A stretch of 64,000 bases of DNA from a bacterium (GTDB lineage: Bacteria; Hinthialibacterota; Hinthialibacteria; Hinthialibacterales; Hinthialibacteraceae), in contig CAXXMV010000008.1 of assembly GCA_963662285.2 (NCBI GenBank), positions 960,001-1,024,000 on the forward strand. The letters are read 5' to 3'. Below are positions 19,244 to 29,539 of the stretch, piece after piece. Within the stretch, counting starts at the first letter, position 1. Every line of letters starts with the position of its first letter. The translations under genes were made by a program, and so were the position numbers. A model generated the notes under the pieces. The model worked only from the letters and a program-made list of their open reading frames with translations, was not told the DNA's origin and searched no databases.

Positions 19244-22200
19244 CTAAAAGGTTCTCTCCTGCAACGCCATCCAGGCTTTGATCGGGTAACTACAGGCGCA
19301 TTTGGATGCCCCGTCAGGAATCAAGACCATTCCTCCGGCGGGTATGGCGTTAAACCAGCAGCCTACCCTTATGCCGCCGAAATTTTCAGTATCCGTGGCA
19401 TCACGGCTTAAATCCCAATACCCCAGCGTCGCTGAACGATACAGCAGAAGATTGGAACTTGCGCAAATTTGACCGCAGCCATAAGAACGCTTAAATTTAA
19501 ATGGTTGTGGTTGACCGGTTTTTAATTTCCACGCCCCGCCTTCGGCGTAAATGATATCATCGTTGATCATGGGACGGGTGACGTATTGCGCCTTAATATC
19601 CCACAAGCATTGGCCGTCGAGCATAGAAAAGGCCGCCATTCTTCCTCCTATTTCGGAAGGCAATTCGAAAAAATTGTGTTTCACTGCTTTAAAATTCATC
19701 AGTGCGATTCCGTATTTTTCACTTAGGGCAAGTTGAGTACCATAGATGCCTTGATCTTGACGCCAAAGTATATCGCCGCGCTTGGCATCCAGAGCAATCA
19801 ATTCGCCGAAAGGGTGCTCGCCGAATTTTAATTTGGGGCCATGCTTCTTGACCAAACGCGGATCAGTAATTCGACCTTGATTATCACTTGATGGATTATT
19901 AATTCGATCTTGCTGCGCAATTGGTCGATCAATCAACAAAATTTTTCCATCAGTGACCGCGATTGCGTTATTACGGATGGAATGTTCGGGTTTGTATTGC
20001 CATTTAATCTCTCCGCTATCGACATCCAAACCGAATAATAAGACGGATTCGGTGTAAAGATGGATATTTGAATAACGGGGACTGACTTTATGATCCTGGT
20101 TGGATACTGTGCCAAAAATCATGCCATCGTGGTAGGCCAAATATCCCCATGCCCGGTTCTGGTTATCCTGCTCCAATAAAGGCGTTTTATATTCGCGGAT
20201 CAGTTTTCCGGTGGCTATATCAATGCGAATACATTTATCAGCGTAACATACATAAACGCTGTCATCGCTCAGGCAGTAATTCCCGCCAGTGTCGCCGATG
20301 GCGACATCGTGATGGATTCCATCATAATCTTTGAGAACGCCTTCGATCTCATAGGTCCATAAGCGGCGTCCGTTATAGGCGTCGAGAGCGCAAAGACCGT
20401 TGACGCCTTCTACAACCAGGTATCCCTGATTACTCAACGGCGCCGGTCCCTGTCCGTGGCGATTGGCCAGTTCGAAATCGACGTCACGATACCACAGCGG
20501 GGTAAACGGCGCTCTAACCTCATCAATAGAACAGATGGTATTGGCGGCGTTGGCGTTTTGATGGGTCCACGAACCGTCGCCATCCAAAGCCCCGCGCGTG
20601 TGAACTTTCATTGCTTGGGATGCGCCGATGCATACCTTACCTCCATAGGGACGTTGCAAACGGCGCATTTCCGCAACCGTTTTATCCGATAGATCATGCA
20701 TCAATGAATGAGAGGAGATAACCAGATTAGCGAAACGTCCGGGATAGCCTGAGTTTTCTGGATCGGCATTATGGACCGTAACGCGCGCGCCGTACAAGTT
20801 GGCTCGATCTAATTTCTTTCGCGCTTGGGATGCTTTGTCCGCGTCTGGCTCGACGATGTAGATTTGCAGTTTAGTGCGCTTAGCCATTGCGAGCGCCAGG
20901 TCACCGCTGTCGCCGCCTAGATCGACGCATATACCTTCCGTTACTCCAGTTTTTCGTATGATCTCTTCCGCAGCGGCTTTGTAATCGAACGCTGCGCCTG
21001 AATTATGTTCGATGGTCTTGGCAATATTCTCTGTAATTGGTTGTACCGCATCAGCGCCAAAGCAATATATCCAACCTTGATCCGTACTTACGATCAGCCG
21101 ACCATCAGAGACCGCCAATCCAAGGGCATTTCCTTCAACTGCTATTGATCCAATTTCCGTTTTCGCGTCCAGATGATAAAGGCAAACACGATTTTCTTCA
21201 GCGAGCACAACGGTTGAAGCCGCAACAATAATATCGTTCGCTTCACCTTCCCGCTTGATTTCCATCAATGACTCTAATCCGGTATAGGATATCACTGTTC
21301 CTTTACGGTCGTTCTTTTGTTTCTGTTTCCAATGATGAACCATAAAACGATTGCCCAATGATTGAACCAGCCCTTGCGGAATAGCTGCCAGCACGCCTCC
21401 ACCGTAGCGCTCGGTTGCGGCGCCGTTTTGCATGTCGAACAGGCATCCCGCATTGAGAAAATATCCTCCTGCGGACATAGTTCTCACTCCGCCCCTCCAT
21501 TGGTTCTCTTGCAGATGATAGTATTTAAGTTTCCCCGTATCGCGTTGAAATACGGCTGGCACGGAACGGCCATTGGGAACTATCAAACATTCAACCGTAA
21601 CGGCCATATAACCTTGAGGCGTAACGCCGCTTCTAGCCATGGCGCCAGGGTGAGGCTGAGGCATCATCAGGCAGCCCGCTTGATCGTTACGCCAGATTTC
21701 CTCGCCCGTTGCTGCATTCAACGCCAGGATGAAAATTCCATCGTTAGGCCAAATCCCCGCACTGCAATATACGATATCATCATAAACCACCGGGCCGCCC
21801 CGCATGGGCCAATGGGAAATCATCCGGTCGTTGCCTAAACACTTATAATCGTTCGGGCCGCCGCGTACTTTCCATAACAGACGCCCATCTGTTATTTTGA
21901 TGGCGTATAGCCATCCATCATCGCTGCCTGCAAATATCCGGTCGCGCCAGGCAACCGGAGCAAAACGCACTGGACCTTCAGTGAAGAAGGTCCAAAGTTC
22001 GACACCGGTTTTCAAGTCGATAGCCCTGATTTGATCATCCGATGAACTGCCAAAAATTACTGTATTTTGAACTATGACAGGATGGAATGCATCATCAATG
22101 CGCATCCGGTTCAAATCACGGTCGCCAGGCATTTTGGGCATCTCACCCGAAAAAAGTTCGTCATTTGGCCAAGCCGGTTTGGGAGCATGAGTCGACTTGT

Positions 22201-22354
22201 ATATCCAATTCAATGATAAGTTATGCGGGATAGTTTCCTTGGTATATCCATCCCGCTCTGGATTAGCGCGATACATGGGCCAATCAGCTCTGCTGGTAAT
22301 AGCGGATGCTACCCAAGCGATGAGTATTACATTTATATAAATACTTTTTTTCAT
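19244..22354 (-). CDS. Secreted PQQ-like beta-propeller repeat protein with internal SAM-methyltransferase-like domain
   Basis: Signal peptide then DWPMYRANPERDG; repeated AxDxxTGxxxW blades; central GICVDLGGDSGDLA...FANLVIS; C-terminal RSYGCG and RVGCW. Confidence 0.8.
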   Translation of the reverse strand: MKKSIYINVILIAWVASAITSRADWPMYRANPERDGYTKETIPHNLSLNWIYKSTHAPKPAWPNDELFSGEMPKMPGDRDLNRMRIDDAFHPVIVQNTVIFGSSSDDQIRAIDLKTGVELWTFFTEGPVRFAPVAWRDRIFAGSDDGWLYAIKITDGRLLWKVRGGPNDYKCLGNDRMISHWPMRGGPVVYDDIVYCSAGIWPNDGIFILALNAATGEEIWRNDQAGCLMMPQPHPGAMARSGVTPQGYMAVTVECLIVPNGRSVPAVFQRDTGKLKYYHLQENQWRGGVRTMSAGGYFLNAGCLFDMQNGAATERYGGGVLAAIPQGLVQSLGNRFMVHHWKQKQKNDRKGTVISYTGLESLMEIKREGEANDIIVAASTVVLAEENRVCLYHLDAKTEIGSIAVEGNALGLAVSDGRLIVSTDQGWIYCFGADAVQPITENIAKTIEHNSGAAFDYKAAAEEIIRKTGVTEGICVDLGGDSGDLALAMAKRTKLQIYIVEPDADKASQARKKLDRANLYGARVTVHNADPENSGYPGRFANLVISSHSLMHDLSDKTVAEMRRLQRPYGGKVCIGASQAMKVHTRGALDGDGSWTHQNANAANTICSIDEVRAPFTPLWYRDVDFELANRHGQGPAPLSNQGYLVVEGVNGLCALDAYNGRRLWTYEIEGVLKDYDGIHHDVAIGDTGGNYCLSDDSVYVCYADKCIRIDIATGKLIREYKTPLLEQDNQNRAWGYLAYHDGMIFGTVSNQDHKVSPRYSNIHLYTESVLLFGLDVDSGEIKWQYKPEHSIRNNAIAVTDGKILLIDRPIAQQDRINNPSSDNQGRITDPRLVKKHGPKLKFGEHPFGELIALDAKRGDILWRQDQGIYGTQLALSEKYGIALMNFKAVKHNFFELPSEIGGRMAAFSMLDGQCLWDIKAQYVTRPMINDDIIYAEGGAWKLKTGQPQPFKFKRSYGCGQICASSNLLLYRSATLGYWDLSRDATDTENFGGIRVGCWFNAIPAGGMVLIPDGASKCACSYPIKAWMALQERTF

Positions 22355-22480
22355 ATTTTCGAATCTCCACGTTTATCCAAGTATGCAATAATCAAAGGCT
22401 ATCATACCACTGAGAACAGGAAAAGCCCGGTATTATTGCAATTTAACACAATAAATGAAATTAAAAGGAGGCTATCTTCA

Positions 22481-22514
22481 ACCCTCTCCTAGCCTCTCCC
22501 AATCTTGGGAGAGG
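22481..22514. repeat. REP-like palindrome (CCCTCTCC...CCTCTCCC-N6-GGGAGAGG type)
   Basis: ccctctcctagCCTCTCCCAAtcTTGGGAGAGG; degenerate inverted relative at about 8808-8868 (ctctcctctcc...gggagagtactagggtgagggg). Confidence 0.5.
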
Positions 22515-22605
22515 AATGTATGCTTCATTATGAGAATTATGCAAACCTCTCCAGCGTCAGCTCTATCTGTGAGAGAGTAGTGGTGTTAGAATTCAACAAA
22601 ACTAT

Positions 22606-23208
22606 ATGGACAATAACATAACCAATATGTCTGAATCTATCGGCGAAGTAATTGTTACCAATACCAGCGAAATTATCGGGCAATGCCACCGGGGCGTTCC
22701 GACATTTGAGTATGGCAGTTTCATTATGGCTGGAAAGACGGCGCAATGCGTTGGCGTGGTTTATAACGTTGAAACTGCCAGCGTTGACCCTAACCGGCGG
22801 GCCACTGCTATCGAAGTTGATGAAGACAACCTGGACGCGGTTCATCCCCATCTCAAAGCGCTGCTGCGCAATCAGTTCTATGCGCTGTTGATCGGTACTA
22901 TGAAAGACGGCAAATTCCAATACGGCCTGCCGCCTACGCCGCCGGGGCTTCATGCTCAAGTAGTTCCCTGCTCTGACGACGACATACGCGAACTACGTAA
23001 GCAACCCGGTTTTCTACGCATTATTCACGATTCGGGCAAGTCATCATCTGAAGAGTTGATCCTGAATTGCTGCCGACATTTGTTATATAGTTTTGAACGC
23101 AGTGAAAAAGCATTATCCATCGGCAAAGCCCTGTCAGACATCTACCGCGACGACTACGACGCGCTGCGGCGCATAATAAATCGATTGGAATCATGGCAAA
23201 ACGCATAG
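22606..23208 (+). CDS. HAS-barrel domain protein (HerA/NurA-associated)
   Basis: IGEVIVT...PTFEYGSFI...GVVYNVET...GLPPTPPGLHAQV; overlaps the HerA start by 16 bp; start could be 22627. Confidence 0.7.
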   Translation: MDNNITNMSESIGEVIVTNTSEIIGQCHRGVPTFEYGSFIMAGKTAQCVGVVYNVETASVDPNRRATAIEVDEDNLDAVHPHLKALLRNQFYALLIGTMKDGKFQYGLPPTPPGLHAQVVPCSDDDIRELRKQPGFLRIIHDSGKSSSEELILNCCRHLLYSFERSEKALSIGKALSDIYRDDYDALRRIINRLESWQNA

Positions 23209-24950
23209 ACGATATAAAATCTCTTGGTGTTATAACATCCGGTTCCCTGGCTGAAGGCTTGGAGATGCGTCTCGATCCTTCCTATTCAGTGGAACAGGTT
23301 CGCGCTGGAAAATTCGTGGTTGTCGAAGGAAGTGAATTCGATTTCTTCTGCATGATAACCGACGTAATGCTTGATGCCTCATCGGCCTCGATTCTGCGCG
23401 ACCCGCCGCCGCGCTCTTCGCTGTTGAGCGACGTGCTGGCTGGCGACCATACCTATGCCACCGTATCGCTCAAACCGATGTTAATGCTGGAACGCAAAAT
23501 CGCAGAGAAGGATTTCGACCGAGAAGAAGATCTGCGCCCGGTTAAAAGCATCCCGGCTCATTTTTCTCCGGTGCGCGAAGCGAGCAATGCGGATATCGCC
23601 AAAGTCTTCGGCGAGGAAGAAAAGAAGCGTTATTTCAATCTGGGAACCCCGTTGGATATGGATAACGTCGACGTCTGTCTTGACCTGGACCGTTTCATTG
23701 AACGATCCAACGGAATCTTCGGCAAAACCGGCACGGGCAAAACCTTCCTGACCCGTCTGGTGCTGGCCGGTATGATCCGCAGCAATAAGGCGGTCAACCT
23801 GATCTTTGACATGCATAGCGAATATGGCTGGGAAACACGTTCTGAATCGGGCGCCGGTAAAGATTCATTCGTTAAGGGTCTGAAGAATATCTTCCAAGAA
23901 AAAGTCTTGATCTGCACGCTTGATCCTGAATCGGCCAGTCAGAGGAATGTGGGCGTTGATTTTGAGATCGAGATTCCACTTAACTCGATTGAAGTGGAAG
24001 ATATCGAACCGCTGCAAGATGAACTGAAACTGCACCCCACCGCTATTGAAACCGCCTATATCCTGCGCAACCGTTTTGGCAAGAGCTGGCTGCAACGCCT
24101 GATCGAGCAGGACGCGGCTGACCTTAAAGACTGGGCTGATGAAATCGGCGCCAACAAAGAGAGCCTGGCCGCGCTATACCGCAAACTGGGCAAGATCAAA
24201 AACCTTAAGTTTGTGGTTGAAAAAAGCGAAAAGCAGATCGAAGGCGCATCATCCAACAAAGCCTCAATCAATAAACTGGTGCAGGAACTGCGCTCCGGCA
24301 AGCATATCGATCTGGAGTTCGGGCGGGTATCCAACATGCTGGCTTATCTGCTGGTGGCTAACCTGATCAGCCGCCGCATCCATCAGGCATGGGTCGATGA
24401 CGCCGAAAAATATATGTCTACCCAAAAACTGGAAGATAGACCGCGACCCTTGATGATTACCATCGAAGAAGCCCATAAGTTCCTGAATCCCTCAGCGGCG
24501 CGTCAGACCATATTCGGAACCATCGCCCGCGAATTGCGCAAGTATTTCGTCTCGCTGCTGGTGGTCGATCAACGGCCATCCGGCATTGATGATGAGATCA
24601 TATCGCAGTTGGGCACGCGCATTACATCGCTGCTCAACGACGAGAAGGATATCCAGGCCGTCTTCACCGGAGTCTCCGGCGCTTCGGCGCTGCGCAACGT
24701 TCTGGCTTCGCTTGATTCCAAGCAACAGGCGCTGATTCTGGGACACGCCACGCCTATGCCTATCGTAGTAAAAACCCGGTTCTATGGACCGGATTTCTAC
24801 GCCGCTATGGGAATGCAATCCAAAGAAGAAAAAGCCGAAAGCAGCGCGAAGATAACATCACTCTTTCCACCGGGAATAATTTATCCCCAATCACCCTTAT
24901 TAAATATATCCTCATGTGATAAATTGGATATTCTGAAAAGAATCTTGTGA
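23193..24950 (+). CDS. herA: HerA-like (DUF87) FtsK/HerA ATPase with N-terminal HAS barrel
   Basis: GIFGKTGTGKT Walker A, IFDMHSEYG, ITIEEAHKF Walker B, ARELRKY, DQRPS; true stop probably TAA at 24877-24879 if one G is removed at 24872-24874. Confidence 0.85.
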   Translation: MAKRIDDIKSLGVITSGSLAEGLEMRLDPSYSVEQVRAGKFVVVEGSEFDFFCMITDVMLDASSASILRDPPPRSSLLSDVLAGDHTYATVSLKPMLMLERKIAEKDFDREEDLRPVKSIPAHFSPVREASNADIAKVFGEEEKKRYFNLGTPLDMDNVDVCLDLDRFIERSNGIFGKTGTGKTFLTRLVLAGMIRSNKAVNLIFDMHSEYGWETRSESGAGKDSFVKGLKNIFQEKVLICTLDPESASQRNVGVDFEIEIPLNSIEVEDIEPLQDELKLHPTAIETAYILRNRFGKSWLQRLIEQDAADLKDWADEIGANKESLAALYRKLGKIKNLKFVVEKSEKQIEGASSNKASINKLVQELRSGKHIDLEFGRVSNMLAYLLVANLISRRIHQAWVDDAEKYMSTQKLEDRPRPLMITIEEAHKFLNPSAARQTIFGTIARELRKYFVSLLVVDQRPSGIDDEIISQLGTRITSLLNDEKDIQAVFTGVSGASALRNVLASLDSKQQALILGHATPMPIVVKTRFYGPDFYAAMGMQSKEEKAESSAKITSLFPPGIIYPQSPLLNISSCDKLDILKRIL

Positions 24951-24976
24951 ATTTCACAATGCTACAGGAGGATATT

Positions 24977-26424
24977 ATGCAAAAATTTGTATTTCTAATG
25001 TTGGTCAGCCTTTTATTCATTTCATTTACGTCTTCTCCTTATTGCGCAACTCTCATCGTAAAACAAGATGGTTCGGGCGATGCAAGCACTATCCAGGCGG
25101 CGTTTAATGCAGCCGGCGGATGGCGATATAATCGAGATCGGCGACGATGGAACATACAATGAAGATGTAACCGTCAGCCCCTTTCTAGCTGCGGTGGGGC
25201 ATCCCCGCCGCCCCTCTGGTCTCATTCACTCTGCAAGCCGCGGAAGGCAAGCATCCGGTGATTCAAGCGGCTAATGCAGAGTCATCCCAACGCATGAGCG
25301 CATTAGGCGTACCCGGGCGCGACATGCTGGGATTCAGCATCTGGGGATGTCAACATGTTGTTGTAAAAGGCCTGGAAATCGCCAATTTCGAAAATGTAGT
25401 CAATGAGTTCGGCGTCCAGTCATCATTGGTTATTGCTGATTGCGATGATGTCATTATTGAGGATTGCACAATCCGCGGCCCCAATGAACGATCAGCAGGC
25501 GAAGGCAATGCCATTCTCATTGCCGGCGTACAGGCCAATCCATTCCGCGCGGATAATATAACTGTCCGCAATTGCCTGATTACAGAATCGCATTACGGCA
25601 TCATATCAGCCATGTTCCAAAAAGGCTCTGGAGTCGACCCGATCAATGTAACCATCGAGGATTGCCAGTTTATCAATGGTTTTGAATCGGGCGTAGACGT
25701 CGACAACGCCGAAAACATGGTTATCCGCAATTGCCTGTTTGATAATTATCACCACGGCATTCATTTCGCTGGAGGCAGTTCGCTGGTGGAAGATTGCATA
25801 ATCAAGAACTCAAAGGGAGAAGGGCTGGAGTGTCAGGTTGATACCAACTGGAACGAATCCATAACCAACGTTATCGTGCTCCGCTGCGCCATCCTCGGCA
25901 ACGGATTAGAGACGGATGATGCTCCAGGCGTGGAATGCACCGATGGACCGTTACTGTTTGAGAACTGCATAATCGCAGGCAACACCGGACCGGGCATTAA
26001 AGTTGCTACCGACTCAAACTCCGCGGTTAACGCAGTATTCGACCATTGCGATATATATGAAAACTATGGCTTGGCGGAAATCATGATTTTCGGCGGAGGG
26101 GATCAGACCGCTAAACTGACCGTAACCAACAGCAACATTGTCAGTTCCGGCGGCGGCTTCGAGAATGAGTTGGATCCATCAGTGGTCACCGCGCATCATA
26201 ACAATGTCGCCGTATCCTTCGACGCCTATTACAATGTAGACGCCACTGACAGCGTCGCCAATGATCCCCTGTATGAATCACCCACCAACAATCCGGATGA
26301 TTTCTCGTGGGATGGCTTCAAACTTAAAACCGGCTCACCATCGTTGAACGCTGGTGAAGATGGATCGACTATTGGATATACCGGGTCGTCTGTGACATTG
26401 ATTAATGCTTGGGAGATATTTTAG
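24977..26424 (+). pseudogene. Secreted right-handed beta-helix (pectin-lyase-like) protein with two +1 frameshifts (probable sequence errors); C-terminal IxxWxxF tag
   Basis: AGGAGG RBS then MQKFVFL signal peptide; removing one G at about 25115 and one at about 25196-25199 gives ...TIQAAFNAAADGDIIEI...AAVGIPAAPLVSFTLQAAEGKHPVIQAAN; repeated I(E/R)(D/N)C beta-helix coils; ends TLINAWEIF. Confidence 0.8.
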
Positions 26425-26438
26425 ATTAGGCGGCTTGT

Positions 26439-26513
26439 GGTGGGCTACGCTTCGCTTTTAGCCCACCCTACCTGCCACTCACAGGCGCCAAGGCGAATCT
26501 AACCCTTGGCGCC
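26439..26513. repeat. GTAG-type REP-like palindrome plus adjacent GGCGCCAAGG/CCTTGGCGCC hairpin
   Basis: GGTGGGCTA-N11-TAGCCCACC-CTAC (26439-26471), then GGCGCCAAGG-N10-CCTTGGCGCC (26484-26513). Confidence 0.75.
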
Positions 26514-26543
26514 AGAAAAATTATATTAATAGAGAAAAAATTA

Positions 26544-26870
26544 ATGGACATTGTAACCTGGACGCCTTTTCAATCAGAAGAAACCAAACAAATATACGCT
26601 CACATGACGGATGATGAAAAGAAACGCGGCATGATTCGTGGATGCTGTTTTGGTTTATGGGTTGGATTATTTCTTACTCCTCTGGCTAATGAGTACATCA
26701 TAAGAAATTTAAATATATCAACGACGACAGCAATCGTCTTCATCATTTTAAACATTATATTCATCCCATCATGGTTCAAGAGTCAAAAAAGGTTTTTATG
26801 CTCCACGAAATGGGCTAAATCTCAAGGTTACAACTCTGATCAAATCGCATTGTACAAATTCAGAAAATAA
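26544..26870 (+). CDS. Small two-TM hypothetical membrane protein
   Basis: 108-aa ORF with two hydrophobic segments, AT-rich, bracketed by REP-like elements. Confidence 0.6.
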   Translation: MDIVTWTPFQSEETKQIYAHMTDDEKKRGMIRGCCFGLWVGLFLTPLANEYIIRNLNISTTTAIVFIILNIIFIPSWFKSQKRFLCSTKWAKSQGYNSDQIALYKFRK

Positions 26871-26908
26871 CAATACCCACCCAATATTATTGATTAATTG
26901 CATGATCC

Positions 26909-26951
26909 GGTGGGTCATAAAGCGCGACCCACCCTACGGGGCTTGGCGCCC
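26909..26951. repeat. GTAG-type REP-like palindrome followed by CTTGGCGCCC
   Basis: GGTGGGTC-N9-GACCCACC-CTAC-ggggCTTGGCGCCC; same orientation as the copy at 26439. Confidence 0.75.
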
Positions 26952-26969
26952 ATCTTATATATAAAGTCA

Positions 26970-28388
26970 CTAGCAATTCGGTAGATACGCTCCGATTTTT
27001 TTTAGGCGTTGCTGCAAATTCTTGATCGAAATACTGCGGGTGTCTGTTTTGTTTTCGATAGCCATGGCGGCGGCCATAGCTGTTGCCTGTCCAGTGATGA
27101 AACACCCCGGCATCACCCGGAGAGAACCTTGCATATAACGGTCGGTACTGACGCACCGCCCGGCAACCAATACGTTCGATAATTTCAACGGCGTCAATGA
27201 GCGGTAGGGAATCCCGTAACTTTCGCCTTTACCATATCGAAGATTCTTGAAATCCTGGGCATATTTTTTATAATCGTTATCGCCCGGTTTGGCGGCATGG
27301 ATATCAACCGGATATGAATAGCGTCCAATTTCATCATCAAACACGGCCCGCGTCTTGAAATCATTCAAATTCAAAACATAATCGCCCATGATGCGCCGGG
27401 TTTCACGGATGCCCAGCATTGACCCCATGGTAACCAGTTCCATATCAGAAAAACCTTCGAGGTACTCTTTGTAATAACGCTCGTATTCAAGAATCATTTT
27501 ACGCGCCCAAAGCAGGGCTTTAGTAACCGAACGTTCGTCGGAACCATCCACGCCGAATGTATGCCCGATATTGCCGCCGCCCAGGTGTTTTCCAATTCTC
27601 CACATCCCGGGCAGATGCCGGTCTTCCTGGCTGAAAACACCATCCGCAATTGCTTTGGGTAAGAGGGCTTCCTGTTTATGCATCCCAAATTTACGCGCTT
27701 TATCCCAATCGATATCAGCCCAGACGCTGCACAGCGTCCCGGCCATCATATTGCCCTCTTCATCACCTTTTTCAAAAGGCGCTCCCGACCAGACGGCCAG
27801 GTCGCCATCCCCCGTGCAATCAATAAACATCTTGGCTTTGACGGCGAAAATTCCGCTTTTGGCCGCCAGAATAGCGCATTGGGTTTGATCGCCATCAGTT
27901 TGAACATCGATCAACCTGGTTTCAAAAGTGAAATCGACTTTGGCCTCCAGCATCATTTCATCGTATAACCGCTTGAGGACTTCCGCTTTGATCGTCACGT
28001 TGCTATCCGGACCGTTGCCGCCTTTTTTATTCAATCGTTTTGCAATTTCTTGTCCGATTCCACCAGCCAGAAAATTCTCTCCATCGGTAAATTGCATAAA
28101 AAGCGGCAAGAGACCTCCCGTCCCCATTCCCCCGAAAGAATTCTGCCGTTCAGCCACAAAAACCGTCTTATTCTGGCGGGCCGCCGTGATGGCCGCTGCA
28201 ACACCGGACGGCCCTCCTCCAGCAACAAACACATCCACTTCATGCCGGATAGGAATTGTTCTTTGGATGGTGATGCTTTTCTGATTTGACAAATTACCGG
28301 CATTGGCTTGTACGCCGGGCGCCATCAATCCACTCACGCTTGTTGCGGCCAACGATTTAATAACAAAATCACGACGATTCAGCGACAT
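26970..28388 (-). CDS. Tat-exported FAD-dependent oxidoreductase (FAD_oxidored family)
   Basis: NRRDFV Tat signal; VAGGGPSG, IDCTGDGDLA, GIRETRRI, YGIPYRSL, VAGRC, LRVMP. Confidence 0.9.
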   Translation of the reverse strand: MSLNRRDFVIKSLAATSVSGLMAPGVQANAGNLSNQKSITIQRTIPIRHEVDVFVAGGGPSGVAAAITAARQNKTVFVAERQNSFGGMGTGGLLPLFMQFTDGENFLAGGIGQEIAKRLNKKGGNGPDSNVTIKAEVLKRLYDEMMLEAKVDFTFETRLIDVQTDGDQTQCAILAAKSGIFAVKAKMFIDCTGDGDLAVWSGAPFEKGDEEGNMMAGTLCSVWADIDWDKARKFGMHKQEALLPKAIADGVFSQEDRHLPGMWRIGKHLGGGNIGHTFGVDGSDERSVTKALLWARKMILEYERYYKEYLEGFSDMELVTMGSMLGIRETRRIMGDYVLNLNDFKTRAVFDDEIGRYSYPVDIHAAKPGDNDYKKYAQDFKNLRYGKGESYGIPYRSLTPLKLSNVLVAGRCVSTDRYMQGSLRVMPGCFITGQATAMAAAMAIENKTDTRSISIKNLQQRLKKIGAYLPNC

Positions 28389-28541
28389 GGTAATCCTCCA
28401 TCATAGAGTTATCTCAATAGGCAATAGCCATAAAACCAAGATAACCCGGTAGAATAGATAATCTAGCCTAATTTCATTTTTATTTCCGATTTGATCATAA
28501 AATATTATGGTTTTTCACTTAATTTGTTTTATAGAATAGTC

Positions 28542-28694
28542 CCATTGGTTTTGTTTATCAAATATCGTAGGTGATCGCATCAAGGGCTGACCGCATTGCG
28601 GTCTTGCCCTTGGCGCCCGTGTACCATCGCTTTGGTCTATCCAATATCATGGGTGATCGCATCAAGGGCAGAAAGAACGCTGCCCTTGCCACCC
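28542..28694. repeat. Two tandem degenerate ~82-bp units each ending in a CAAGGGC...GCCCTTG hairpin
   Basis: aatatc(gta/atg)ggtgatcgcatCAAGGGC occurs at about 28561 and about 28643 with different loop contents. Confidence 0.75.
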
Positions 28695-28843
28695 TCCACT
28701 ATCCGCTAGTTTCTATAAAATTGATTTGCCAAAAACCATAATTCATGCTATACATACTTAAGTAAAGGATATCCCATATCCGATGATTCATCGTATCTCT
28801 GGGAGCAGACAATCGAAAGAATAATTTTATATAGGTTATTACC

Positions 28844-29341
28844 ATGTTCCCATTCAAGAAAAAGAAAAACCGATTAAGTCCTCAGCAGGAAAAAGCTGAA
28901 CAAGAAGCCATAAATATCTTGAACCGTGCAATCAAAATGCTGGAAAAAGACCCGCGGAATGCAGAAGAAGCAAAGCGTTTGCGTTTCGAGGTTACTAATG
29001 ATCTGTTGCCCAAGAACAAGATGTATATCATTGGCAAACATCCCCGCAGCCTGCTTAAAGAGTTGGATATAACCATCCAACACGCCTATTTCAAGCAGAT
29101 TACCAATAATGGCCAATTGCATAAAGACGAAGTTCCTGTAGTTCTAAGCGCAGCAACCCAAAAAGCATGCGATTGGTGGACCAACCGGTATGGAACATTA
29201 AAAAAGAATACTCAATATAAATTATATTGGACTATCGGCATTTTCCTGGTTTTAACAGTCTTTATAGTGATACTGTTATTCCTGATGGGATCGCTAGGGG
29301 GCAATAGTTCATATACTAACTCTTTCAAGTGGATGTCATAA
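28844..29341 (+). CDS. Hypothetical protein with C-terminal TM helix
   Basis: 165-aa ORF with an AGGT RBS-like element; basic N-terminus; single hydrophobic segment near the C-terminus. Confidence 0.6.
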   Translation: MFPFKKKKNRLSPQQEKAEQEAINILNRAIKMLEKDPRNAEEAKRLRFEVTNDLLPKNKMYIIGKHPRSLLKELDITIQHAYFKQITNNGQLHKDEVPVVLSAATQKACDWWTNRYGTLKKNTQYKLYWTIGIFLVLTVFIVILLFLMGSLGGNSSYTNSFKWMS

Positions 29342-29470
29342 AAACAAGTAATAATTCAAGAAGAATAATCTAAACAACCAAAACCTCAAAAACCTTTGCA
29401 CTTAATACTTTCAAGACTCATTCAGTTAAGTTAAATACAATCGGGTATATAGCAGAAGGATAAATTCCTA

Positions 29471-29500
29471 TTGACATTTGACTAAGAAGATAGATAAAAT
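29471..29500 (+). promoter_or_regulatory. Putative sigma70 promoter of the WD40 gene
   Basis: TTGACA-N18-TAAAAT, 39 bp upstream of the ATG at 29540. Confidence 0.5.
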
Positions 29501-29539
29501 TGATTTCACCATAGATCGACGATTTGCGAGGGAACAATC

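Noticed and set aside
22606-24950. HerA-based anti-phage system (Sir2-HerA / Nezha-like)
   Set aside because: No effector gene is adjacent; the GC-rich core-like codon usage and HAS-barrel partner fit the DNA-repair HerA clade better.
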